Positions 1-11,700 of a stretch of 64,000 nt of DNA are shown in pieces. Origin of the DNA: Octopus sinensis (lineage: Eukaryota); contig NC_043011.1 of NCBI RefSeq assembly GCF_006345805.1, positions 53,580,464 to 53,644,463 on the forward strand, written 5' to 3'. A model generated the notes under the pieces. That model worked only from the letters and a program-made list of their open reading frames with translations, was not told where the DNA came from and did not search any database. The first letter of the stretch is position 1; every line of letters begins with the position of its first letter. The position numbers and the translations under genes were made by a program.

Positions 1-7
1 ATATGAT

Positions 8-168
8 GGGCTTCTTTCAGTTTCTGTCTACCAAATGCATTCACAAGGCTTAAGTCAGCCTGAGGCTATAGCAGAAGACACTTGCCCATGGTGCTAAGCA
101 ATAGGACTGAAACCCAGAACCATGTGGTTGGGAGACAGGCTTCTTACTACACAGCCACTCCAGTGCCT
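8..168 (-). mobile_element. tRNA-derived SINE, 5' half (same family as 62088-62499)
   Basis: Reverse complement reads ggagtggctgtgtagtaagaag...ccaaccacatggttctggg...gggcaagtgtcttctgctatagcc...ggtagacagaaactgaaagaagccc, matching the head of the full copy at 62088. Confidence 0.85.
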
Positions 169-180
169 ATATATATATGT

Positions 181-380
181 GACCACGTGTGTATCATTGG
201 CGATTTTCTTTCTCGGTCTTCCCTTCCTTGGACCTTTCCCTTTTCTATGTTTCTGATGAAGAGCTCCGCTCGAAACGTTAAATCCTCCTTCTTTCTTTCC
301 TTTCCTGAGCGTTCAATAACACTATACTTGTTCAGTGTCCTCGCGTTGTTGTGTTTTCTTTGTTCATGTTTGGATTAACT
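181..380 (+). mobile_element. Probable Penelope-like element terminal-repeat fragment with a minimal hammerhead motif
   Basis: CTGATGA-a-GAGC-tcc-GCTC-GAAAC-GTT at 253-279, followed by a pyrimidine-rich tract. Such motifs are typical of Penelope-like termini. No RT or GIY-YIG sequence is seen. Confidence 0.5.
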
Positions 381-849
381 ATATATATATATATATGCAC
401 ACAACACACACACATATATATCTTTTATTAAAAATGCAAAATTATCATAAGACTGTTACTCAGAGTTTCACATTCCCTCTCCAATGAACAAGAATGTGAA
501 ACTGAATAGCAGTTCTGCGATAATTTTGAAGCTTTAATAAAAAAAGCATATTACTCTACCTTTGGTATTCGAGTACTATTTTTTCCACCTTGTTTTGCAC
601 TTATGTACTCACCTGTGTACATACATACATATATATATATATATTGTGAATACATTTACATACAAATCCATATCCATCATATTCTTACAACACAAACACC
701 CATTATTTCTGCAATCAGAATATTTGCTACGCCTGATTCAACAAAGTGTATGTTCTCTGACGAGTCTCATTGAGCAACTGTTTTGCTGAAACAACAGTGG
801 CCATGTTGTAAGAATAAGAACAAAACCCATTTTCTCTATATCTACCCCA

Positions 850-959
850 CCTTATGCGCACACACACACACACACACATACACATATTTACGCGTATACA
901 TATACACGCATATATGCATACACATATCTACACACACACATATATGCATACACAGATCT

Positions 960-1018
<59 letters not shown>

Positions 1019-1032
1019 TATATGCACACATA
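850..1032. repeat. (CA)n/(TA)n compound microsatellite
   Basis: Read directly from the sequence. Confidence 0.95.
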
Positions 1033-1182
1033 CACTTGCAGTCTAAGGTAAAAGTACATTTTCTTAAATGCACACAAAAACATACATGTACCGAAGACTA
1101 GCGAAACAATAACCGCGGTTTTAATGGTAAATAACAATAACAACATGTACTCTTAGTTATCTCTCTTACAGGTTCACGGTAG

Positions 1183-1221
<39 letters not shown>

Positions 1222-1367
1222 GTGAAGTTATACATACACAGACACACGTACACGGTTTATTTTCCATCGCTAAAAACATATATTCATGTTGTTTTTTCCC
1301 CTGCATTTTACTTACACAAACACTAACATATGATAACAATTGTACACACATATACATACATACATAT

Positions 1368-1417
<50 letters not shown>

Positions 1418-1689
1418 GAATATGTTGTACACACGCGAACCATCTAATTTGACGAAAATATATTGTCAATAGTATAGGATATGGATGCGTATACGCATGT
1501 TTGCGTGCGTATATATACATGTATGTTCAATAAGGAGTACATTAATGAAATATTTTAAATTGTTCCCCACCAAATTCTCTCAACATCATCACTTTCTGAT
1601 GTTTGTTATTTTTTTGAATGACAAAAAAAAAGGTGTGTATGTATGTATGTGTGCGAGTGTTAATTAACGGGTGTCGGTAAAAGAAGGGG

Positions 1690-2342
1690 TTAAGAGAGAG
1701 AGAGAGAGGGTGTAAGCATGTATTAGAGAGGAAAGAGAGGGAATGAGGGCTTGAATACGTATTAGTGAGAGAGAGCAGAGAGGAAGAGAGGAAAGGGAAA
1801 AGAAGTAAAGAGAGAGAGAGAGAGAGAGGGGAGGAAAGGGAAACAAGGAAGGGAGGGAGAGAAAGATAGGGAGAGGGCGAGAGAAGTAAAGAGAGAGAGA
1901 GAGAGAGGAAATAGGTGAAAGAGTTTAAATATGTATAAGTGTACGAATGAAAGAGAAAGAAAGAAGAAAAATATGAGAGGAAAAGGGGGAGAGAAAAGAA
2001 GAGAGAGAGGAAAAAGGGAGAGAAAAAGAAGTATTCGTGAAATATGTTTTAATGAGAGGGGGGGAGTTAAAAGTCAATAATGTGAAAAAGTATTTCAGTG
2101 AGAGAGAGGAGAATAAGGAAGAGAGAAAGTGTGTATGCGAGAGAGAGAGAGAGAGGACCTGATATAGAGAGAGGAATTGACAAGAAAGAGAGAGAGAGAG
2201 AATGCGAGCATCTGTCAACAAAAGAGAGATAGAGAGAGGAATGGGCTCGAGAAAAAGGCCTGAGAAGAGAGAGAGAGAGAGAGAGAAAGAGAAAGGAGAG
2301 GAATGTGTCCGCGAAAAAAGAAGGCCTGCAAGAAAAACAGAA

Positions 2343-2360
<18 letters not shown>
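1690..2360. repeat. GA-rich purine low-complexity tract
   Basis: (GA)n and (GATA)n runs with A/G-rich spacers on the + strand. Confidence 0.9.
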
Positions 2361-2376
<16 letters not shown>

Positions 2377-2527
2377 ATAGACAGAAAGTGTATAACAGTG
2401 AGAGAGAGAAAGAGAGATAGACAGAAAGTGTATAACAGTGAGAGAGAGAAAGAGAGATAGGCAGAAAGTGTATATCAGTGAGAGAGAGAAAGAGAGATAG
2501 ACAGAAAGTGTATAACAGTGAGAGAGA
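2361..2527 (+). repeat. 40-bp minisatellite, 4 copies plus a partial
   Basis: Unit agagagagaaagagagatagacagaaagtgtataacagtg starts at 2361, 2401, 2441 and 2481. Confidence 0.95.
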
Positions 2528-3734
2528 AGGCTTCAGACTGTGAGAGAGGATGTTATTTAATGAGAATGTGAATGTGCTGTTTGTGCTTTATATATATACA
2601 CATACGTGCGTGTATATATATATATACACACACACATGCATATATATATATATAGAGAGGGCGAGAGAGAGAAGAGAGTCAGTGTGTATCTAGGGTGCCG
2701 GCCGGGCACGAATTAATCTCACACACATTTTTTATTTATTTATAGGGGAAGGTTGATAGTTGTGTTGTAACGTTCATGCATCTCCCAATGGGCATCAGCC
2801 AATAAACGTTCCAACTATGTAAAATTCTGACTTGGATTTGTGGTACTATTTTGTAGGCGAGCAAGGAAAATATGGTGGTGGGAGCTATATTGAATAGAAA
2901 GAATAAACTATATAGTATATTACTGGTGTTTATTTTCAGAGAGACATTGGAGGAAGGCTGAAGGACTGAAAAAAAAAAAAAAAAAAAAAAAAAGTAGGCT
3001 TGATTTGAACAGAGCAGTGAGGCACTACATTAGATCCCCGAGATCGGCCGTATACACTACTACCACCACCACCACCACCGTCACTACCACCACTACTACT
3101 ACTACTAGAACACAACAATACCATCACCGTTATTAATGTAGTCACAACAACGACAGCAATTTTAATTTCTTATATATTGACATGTTTTTGTTTTCAGTTT
3201 CAGTGGAGTTGAAAAATAAAATAAAAGATGACATTCATGCCTTTCTTTTGTTTTTTTACTTCCAAAAAAAAAAAAAAGCCATAAGTGAAAACCGAAAACT
3301 ACTACAACCGGAGATCGAAACCGGGTCGCGGACTACTTTTACAACAGTAACTGGCTACACAACAACAACAATGACAACTACAACAACCACGCCAAATAGC
3401 TGCTATGTGGTAAATGCTAATAGAACATCGTGACAAGGGCAGCTGTGATGGTGGCAGTTGTCTCCCCCTGAACTAGAGTCCTAGAAACCTGTTTGGGAAG
3501 TCTTGTCTCTCTGTCTCTCTTTCCTTCTTTCTCTCTCTCTCTCTCTATCTCTCTGTGTGTTCGATTTTTCTGTGTCTGTGTGTTCGATATCGCCTACTAC
3601 TTCTCTGTCTTTCTTCCTCTCTTCCTGTCGCTCCATCGACTGCTGCTGCAGTAGTTGGTGTCGGTGGTGGTAACGTAACGATAAGCGGCGGCGGGAGGAT
3701 GCGTTATAACGGGAACAGCCGACGTCTCACTCAC

Positions 3735-3766
3735 TTCAGCTACTATATTGCTTTATCTCCACCAAT
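3735..3766 (-). ncRNA. Candidate non-coding 32-nt exon of a divergent (antisense) transcript
   Basis: On the minus strand: (ct)n-gtttcag | ATTGGTGGAGATAAAGCAATATAGTAGCTGAA | gtgagt. Stops occur in all three frames. Confidence 0.35.
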
Positions 3767-4098
3767 CTGAAACAGAGAGAGAGAGAGAGAGAGAAAGTAT
3801 AATAATAATAGTAATAGTAATAATAATAGCAAAACAATCAAAAACTGTTCTTTTTCTTCAGTTGATATTTCCTTCATCTGCAATATATATATACCATTAA
3901 CTTCTACAGCTTTGGTGGCTTTTGTTAGCTTTTTTTTTCGGCTTGTTTCTAAAAGAGAAATATATATAAATACAACAGATCTATGTAATATTCTCAGTAA
4001 GCAGCGAAGGCAGGCCAAGCATGTAGGACTGGTTGTCGTAGAGGAAAAAAGTGAATAAACATAATTGCGTGCTCAATAATATCAGACTTGGCCCACTG

Positions 4099-4108
4099 CT
4101 GACGTCAG
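4099..4108. promoter_or_regulatory. Full palindromic CRE (CREB/ATF) site upstream of ARID1
   Basis: cTGACGTCAg, about 830 bp before the ATG, in a CpG-richer, repeat-free stretch. Confidence 0.4.
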
Positions 4109-4931
4109 TGCGAAAGCCCTTCAGCAAATATGAGCTGGTAGATTTCACTCCTCCGTAACGGAGAAAGAAAAATCAATTTTTACACAACACTCTCGACATA
4201 TCTAGTTGTTTTATTGTAAATAATAAATGTCTAAAATGTTCATCTTGTATCGCATGCTTTCGTGATGGATACGATATGCTCGAATTTCTCGACAATATTT
4301 CAGTTTAACGATCTGGTTTTGTGGAGGGAGGCACTAGCATCAGCTAATTGAAACGCCAGATTTGAAAAGAATGCCTTAGACGTGTCACAACCCAGATTTT
4401 TGTTCTTGCGCTCAGGGAACACTATTGCGAAAAGAATTCCCGAATTTGTTGGAATCATTATTACTCGTTGATAACATGTGTTTTGGGTGAGGAAAACCCT
4501 TTGGCGTATTACCATGGTCCGGAATATTCTCATGCCACCGTAAAGGACGTATTATGGACCTACATAAAAAAAAGCTTATTGCGTATGAATCTGCTCGTTA
4601 AATGCTGGAGATATTCCCGCTTATTGAAGTGTGCCATATAATAGCTGTGTGTATGATAAGACCATGCTGCCAGCCGACTAACTTTTCCCCCAACTGCATC
4701 CTTTTACCCCATCACAAAACACGTGTGTCGAAAGTCTGAAGACAGGTCGGAGAGGTTTTATAACATTTGGATACTCTTTGGATGTCGACTAGAGGTCGTT
4801 CTACAGATTTTTCTCACAGGGTGTGTGCTTTGCATTATGCCTGGGCTACCTGTCACTGTGGCCGAAAGGCAGAAGAAATTCGAAGAATTTAAGTCACCTG
4901 GAAGTACATGAGAGTGGATTAGTGATCTGAG

Positions 4932-5705
4932 ATGGAAAATATTAACTCTGAAGATGGATTAGATCGTGCTGTTACTACTACGAAGCTACGATCACCGAGT
5001 CAAGTCTCAGATTCGAACACAATGGACTCTTTTCAAGATGGTGGCCAGCAAAACATGAACTCAGAGCAAAATGATTATACAGCTTCTTTGGACTCTTCTC
5101 ACGTCAATTCCGAATCCAACAATTATCCACAGAATTCGGGAGATGGAGGTGTGAGTTCAGATAGTTATGCAAGAATGAATGAAAATATTCATCCTACACA
5201 AATACCTGGATTCGGTATGTACGGTAGGGGAAATTACAGCATGGGAGATCAACATGGCGCTATGTCTATGCCAGGAAGTTCGGAGTTTTCAAACCAAACC
5301 TCGCAATATCATGGACAGTATTTACCAACTCATGTTCGGCCTGGATTTCCTGGAGGTCCAAAACCTGGAATGAATCCGATGCGACCAGGAATGGGGACAT
5401 CTGGTATGGGAATGATGCCCCCTTCGTATAATCCTGCCTCGACAAGATTAATGTCTGGTCAAAGCATATCTCAACAGAGCGGACCAACACCGACCCTTAA
5501 TCAGCTTTTACAATCTCCGAATTCGGCTCAGAGATATCCGAATAACTACTCAGAATACGGAGGTTCTCAAAAGGTCCCTGCTGACATGGGCAGTGTGGCT
5601 GGTTACCCTATGCAACAGGCATGGAGTCCCCATCAACGAGGAGCTATAAACGCGTTCCCGCAGACTCAGGGGGCCATATCCGGCTGCCAAGCTTTCCGAA
5701 ATCAG
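4932..5705 (+). CDS. ARID1: ARID1 first coding exon (MENINSEDG...AFRNQ), phase-0 donor
   Basis: In-frame TGA at 4923-4925 just upstream of the ATG. Contains [14 protein letters not shown]. Donor CAG|gtatcc. A possible acceptor at 4818-4819 (ttttctcacag) suggests an upstream non-coding exon. Confidence 0.9.
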
Positions 5706-8700
5706 GTATCCACTCATTTTCTCCACATCTCCAGGCCCCTTTCAACACCCTAAATACATGTCCACATTTTTTCCTCCCCAAATATTACACCCCGTCTGTT
5801 TGCCATGTTTTCATTTCTATGTATTTATATGCTTACACTATGATATTTATATGTATCTAAAACCTACAAATGTTCCTCTATCTCATTATATATATATGTG
5901 TATATATATATATCTATACATATATATATATGTGTATAATGCTACCACTTGTTGACGATATGTTGGTATATTTTGTGAAATATTTATTTATATATATATA
6001 TATATTGTATAGTCAACAGCGTTAGTCATTTTATAGTTTGTACCATACCATACATCTATTTCTGAAAGAGTCGACCAATATATCCACATTTGCGTGAGGT
6101 AAATAATACGGTATTACAAAATTTTAAAAATATTTCTTGTATTTATTTACATATCTGATTAGGTTTGTTTATTATTATTATTATCATCGAATTATTATTA
6201 TTATTATTATCCTCTCCACCACCACCTCTCTTCTTGACTATTGAGCATTTTCTACTAAAAATTCAGGGACCTAGTAACCTCCCCCCTCACCCAGTCCTTG
6301 CTATCTTGTGATTTTTTGTTTACTTTCCTCCCCTCTTCATAAAAAGCCTACCTTTTTTTTTTTTTTCCACAATGAATCATGAGGTAGATACATACATACA
6401 TACATACATAATCATGTTGCTCCTCTCTTGCCGATGATGATGATGATGATGATGAAAGTTTATTTACAAATTGTTTGTTTATTTGTGTTGTTTATTTTTC
6501 GCAAACGGGGTGGAGGTGGTGGTGGGGTGGGGTGGATGAGGGGAGAAAAGCTAAGCGAAAGCTTATTTCCAACCCCCCCTCCCTCTCTTATTGATCTCCC
6601 CCCCTCCCTCTCCGTTTTCAATCTTTCTTTGTCTCTCTCTCCATCATTCTTTCTCTCTCTCCCCTCCCTCCCTCCTTCACTCTTAACATATCTCGATCTC
6701 ACTCTCACTCTCAACATTGTCTTCTCTTCTTCCTTTCTCTTTTCTTCCACCGTCTCTCTATCTCTCGTTTTTCTCTTGTCTGTGTGTCGCATTCTTCTTT
6801 CCATTCTGTCCGTCTCCGTCTCCCTCACTCTCTCTCTCTTTCTCTCCCTTCCTTTCTGTATCCTCCCTGAATCCTCCCTCCCTCCCCCCTTTCTCTCTGT
6901 CCCCTGTCCTTTTCGTCTGCCTCTTCTCTTTCTCCTGATCTCTTGTATCTTAATGTCTCCCACCCCCTGTTCTCCTCTCCCTCATTGCTTGTTTGTATAA
7001 CTCTTTTCTTTCTCTCTCTCTCTCTCTCTCCCAAACCTTCCTCTTCTCTCATTTAGCAGTTATTTCTATCTCTATTGTCAGGTCTGTCCCTTTCTATTCT
7101 CTCATCTAACTCGTTTGCCTTCTCCCTATGCGTTTCATGGGGTCTTTCGTTTTAGGTACGTAAAATCCAAACCTCCACAAGATGTATTAGATCATCTGAG
7201 GATATGTCGACTTGAGGTAGACGAAGGCCGTAAATATATTATTGTCTTTGTGAACACGACGACGCCAGCTGAAGTCCTTAAAACGAAAGATACCCCCGTT
7301 TCTTGCCTTCGTGTTTGTCCTTTTATCACTCTTCTCTCAGTTTCCCCCCGTTTTCTTGCCATTTCTCTTTATCAATCTCTTCTTCTCTCACAGTACATTC
7401 CTTCTTACTTTTTCTCTATCTTTTCCTCCTTCTCCCCCTCCTCCTCCTCCTCCTCCTGAAGTCCTGTCCTTTTCTAACAGTTTTTTTCCCCCCCTGTAAA
7501 TAGATATTTCCATCTCTGTCCCTGTCCCTGTCCTGCGAAGCTATATAGATGTCGAGAGTTGTATCTGTAAGAAAGCTGAGGGGTCCTTCCTTCATCACAA
7601 TGGCTAAGTCGTCTGGTTTAGAGAGTTCTTGCCTGCTTCTGCCCGGTTCGGTTCTCCATATTGATTCAGCAATGGTCTTGATGCCCTTCTGTTACTAAGT
7701 CGCGTCGGGATGGTATTGAACCGAGCAATGGTAGCATTGCGCCATCGGTTATTTTGAATTTGGTGGCAAACTGGTATCTTTGAAAGACAGCTGGGGTGTT
7801 CATAGCAATAGCTTCACATGATTGGTTGCTGTTTTTTGTCATCTAATCAATTAATCTGCCTGTCTCCATCATCACCACCACCCTTTACTTATTTATTTAC
7901 CTATACTTCCCTCCTCTCTCTCACCTTCCCCCAACCTGACCCTTTAATCTTCCTTCCTTCCTTAGTCTCAAACATTAGGGTGGTTAGTTAGCTGGTCACC
8001 TCTCCACTCCCTTCCACCATAGATGTGGTGGATCTTATATCTTTTCTGCAAACCAATATTTGTAGCTTGTTGTTTACGGTATATGGCTTTTGGAGTCTTA
8101 TTTTGTTGTTGTTTGTATATTTAATAACAACACAATTTCCAACAGAAACTTCCTCTTGAATCTTGAATCATCCAACCTTATTTCAAACAGCTCTTCCTAA
8201 CAGCTTTAATGTATTTCTTCTATAGAGCAAAGACAGTTATATAGCCAACTGTTCTAGATGACAACTATAATAACGATGAACTATAAAAATGATACAATCA
8301 GTGATTGTTATTGTTTATTATTGTTGTTATCTTGTTAAGTTGTATTTTATTGTTTCACTTTTAATCTTGGTTTCCTTTTTTTTCTTTTTGCACACTCTGC
8401 TGGTTAGTCACACTGCCTTATACAGGAAGTAGTAGACATCTGCATATATACATGTGTGCGTGAGTGTGTGTGTGTGTGTGTGTATGTACATGTATATATT
8501 TATATATATCTATATAAATTTTTTTTTTTTATGTTATTTGTTTACTTGGCTTCATCCTTATGTTGATTAGCCATGTGCTTTTTTCTCACCTTCACCTAAG
8601 TTATTCATTCAGATGTCAGGGCCAATTGCTGCTGCTGTCATCCAAACTATTCTTACCTACCACTCCCACCTGCTCCAGTCTCCATACACTTTCATCATAG

Positions 8701-11700
8701 TACAGCAACAACAACAATATACAGAGCTGAGAAAATATCTTATTCATCTGCTACTATCAACTTAGTCTTTTTTTTAAAGATGTTACCCTCACACTTTCTG
8801 GTTGCTTTATCACTTAAATCATTTTAATTGACTATATATATTAGTGTTGCTCTGTGCTGTACAATAATGTCCTCAATGGAAATATTTAATTTGAAATCAT
8901 TCATTATTATCAACCAAGGTTCTTATGGAAAGCATGAACATCTCAACATCTCCTTTAGTATTAAGTCCCCAAAGTTTGTATTTGCCATGGCTGCTGTAGA
9001 TGGCCTTTTTTTTTTTTACAGTCTCCTTTTCTCAATATACACTTCACTTCACCCTCCATTTTACAGAATTGCTAATAAATATTTCAGTTTCCACATTATA
9101 AATCTTTCTCAGTGTCTCTCACAAAACACACAGGCACACACTCACACATTATGAGCAGGAACTGTTAGAACAGTCTGTTTTGTGTTTCCCCCATATTTAT
9201 ATTTTATTCACTATAAAGCTGTTAAGATAATCTTAGACTAATGTTAGCATGGGGCAAGAGAAGCTGTGACTGGTGATTCAAATTACATTAATGTATGAAA
9301 CACAAATAAACACAGCCTCCAGTCTATACCGGCTCTACCTCTTATTCGTATTGCTTAAGGTCGCCACTACCCATATTTATTAATTACCCAAAATCTATTC
9401 CCCCCTTTTCTGTTGGGATTGTTGTGGCTTCAGTAGGCCACAGTTTCCACATTTGTTGTTGTTGTTGTTACTAGTAGCAGTACAGTGTATTATCGATAGA
9501 GAACGATCTCTGTCTGTGGAGTAGTGCATCGCCATAACTGCTACTTGGTTGAGCTGCTGCGACTAGCTGAGCTGGTTGAACTGGATGAATGAGAATAATA
9601 AGCAAACTTCTCGACGCTGTTGAGAGATGTTGTAGCAGGCTAGGAAAATAATAAATTATTTCTAATATCTCTCTGATGATTATTATTAAAATAGAATGGT
9701 TCTGTGTTGAATGAAGATCCTCCCAATTAAGTTTTATGTATAAGTGTAATTATTTTTTAATGAAGGTTTCATTTGTAGAATAGAATGAAAAACCCTGAGA
9801 AGCACGTCCTGTTTCGTTCGTGTCTACCAAACCTATCACGACAGTCGGGGTTTTGGCTGTTATAAACCGAAGCAACCCCCTTTATTCAAGAAGAGGACAT
9901 GGTTATAATATAGAGAGGCTAGGGGAACGAAGTTTTAGTAATTGCTGCTCTGACTTAACACTTAGCACACGTGCACCCAACAACATCCATCCATCCATCC
10001 AAAAGGATGGCTTAATAGGTAACAGTTGGTGGCATTGTTTTTGTTGGTTATTTTTTTGTTTTGCTTTTTCGTGATAATAAATAATCACGAAAACGTTGAT
10101 AATGATAATCATTTTCCACCCCGTCTCTAGTCCGTCTCTCGGCAAGCCATACATACCCCCCCTCCATCCTTGTATGGTTGGCTCTCTCTCTCTCGTCGCC
10201 ATCATCGTCCGTGTAATAAATAAATATGTAATATCGTACACTTTTCTCTCGTTCCACTTTCGTTTCCCGTCCCAAATAATATAATAAATATATTTTGTTG
10301 TTTAGTTTAAGCTATCTTATCATCTGAGAGCAGGAAATCTCAACCCTATTTCAAATAGTGTATAGACACAAGCCATTCGCTTCTCTCTATTCCTCATTCA
10401 CAGAGCCATTACTCATACTTTTCCTATTTCCACCAACGATCTGGGTCGCTCTATATTAAGTCTTGCTTTCTTGCTCAGCACTACTGCTTTCTCTTCACAT
10501 CAACCGGCTGCAGTTTTATATATATTCAATAACTTACTAGCTACTTACTGTTGGGGACAATTTTTCTGTTAATAAATTACTATTAAAGTTTATTTTATTT
10601 AACAAACATATATTTTCTTTCTTCTCTTCTCTTCGCCTCCTCTCTCTCTCTCTGTCTCTCTGTATCTCCTCCTCCTGTACCTCCTCTCTTCACAAGTCTT
10701 GAGACTCCTTCCCCTCCTCTCCAACATGTCTCTGTTCACTGTTTTGTGTTCACAGCTCAAAATGCTGAAATATAAATAAATGTGTGTACATTTCGTAGTC
10801 GTATTTCAGTATGTATGATAAACTTGTTAGTGATTTACCGTTGTGGTGGTCAACCACCACCGTAGAGTTAGTTTCGATGAAATGAGTCAAAAGCTGTTTT
10901 CTAGTTCACATCCCAGCTCCGACAACGACGACTAATTTCTCTCTCTACCTCCCCCTCTATCTTCCCTTTGTACTTACGGCTTTGCTTTATAACATTCAAA
11001 ACCTTTATTTCCTTCCATACCTATACTTTTATTAAGTACGAGTCTCTTCTTAATTTCGTCTCTCGGTGTTTATATCTATTTTGGAAATAAAAAACCAGAT
11101 TTTGAAAAATTACCCCAACCGCAATCTTTTTGTCTCATTTTCCCCCCACATCTCTTATCTACCTCGGTGACTTATTAATCAACGGCTTCTTGTACTTTTA
11201 ACCGATAATAACCGACAATTCCTCACTTGGAATCTATTTTAAACATTTATAAACGCATTCTCCTAACATTTCTTTTAAACGGTAACCATTTTGTCGCTCG
11301 ATTTTTTTTTTCCATGACGTACAGGATTTAATTTCCTTGATTTTTTTCTAGTTTAATGATGTATTTTTTTTGTTTTGCCACTGTGAGTGAATTAATGTTG
11401 GAAAAATGATATACATTTATGTTTTCGTTACTCTAAATTCAAAACCAGTTCTGACAATGAACGAGGAGTAGTGTGATGTGTATGTCTTAATTTGTATGTA
11501 TGTGTATGCGTGTTGGTGAAACAAAGAAACGTGTTTAAAATCCTTCTGAAGACGGTGGTGTTTCGATCGTTCTATTTCGTTGTTTAGTTTTCTAATCTAC
11601 CGTTCAAGACACTGCCGTATTGCTAATGGTGATATTCATGTTAGTGTTGCGAATAGTGAGAATAATACTATTGATTTGAAAGGAGTAATAGCCATTTTAT

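Noticed and set aside
1050-1172. Possible short + strand intron (ctaag|gtaaaa ... tctctcttacag|)
   Set aside because: No flanking exon or ORF support, and it conflicts with the minus-strand bias seen in this region.
6428-7052. ORFs of 167-190 aa rich in L/S/P/F or R/E/K/G
   Set aside because: Translations of the CT/GA low-complexity tract.
7115-7459. 114-aa ORF with a globular-looking middle
   Set aside because: It starts at TTG, the middle coincides with the MITE at 7139-7296, and the rest is pyrimidine low complexity.
11356-11388. ATG...ACT|gtgagt as an alternative phase-0 first exon (MMYFFCFAT)
   Set aside because: Poor exonic donor context, a T-run-derived peptide and no promoter evidence.
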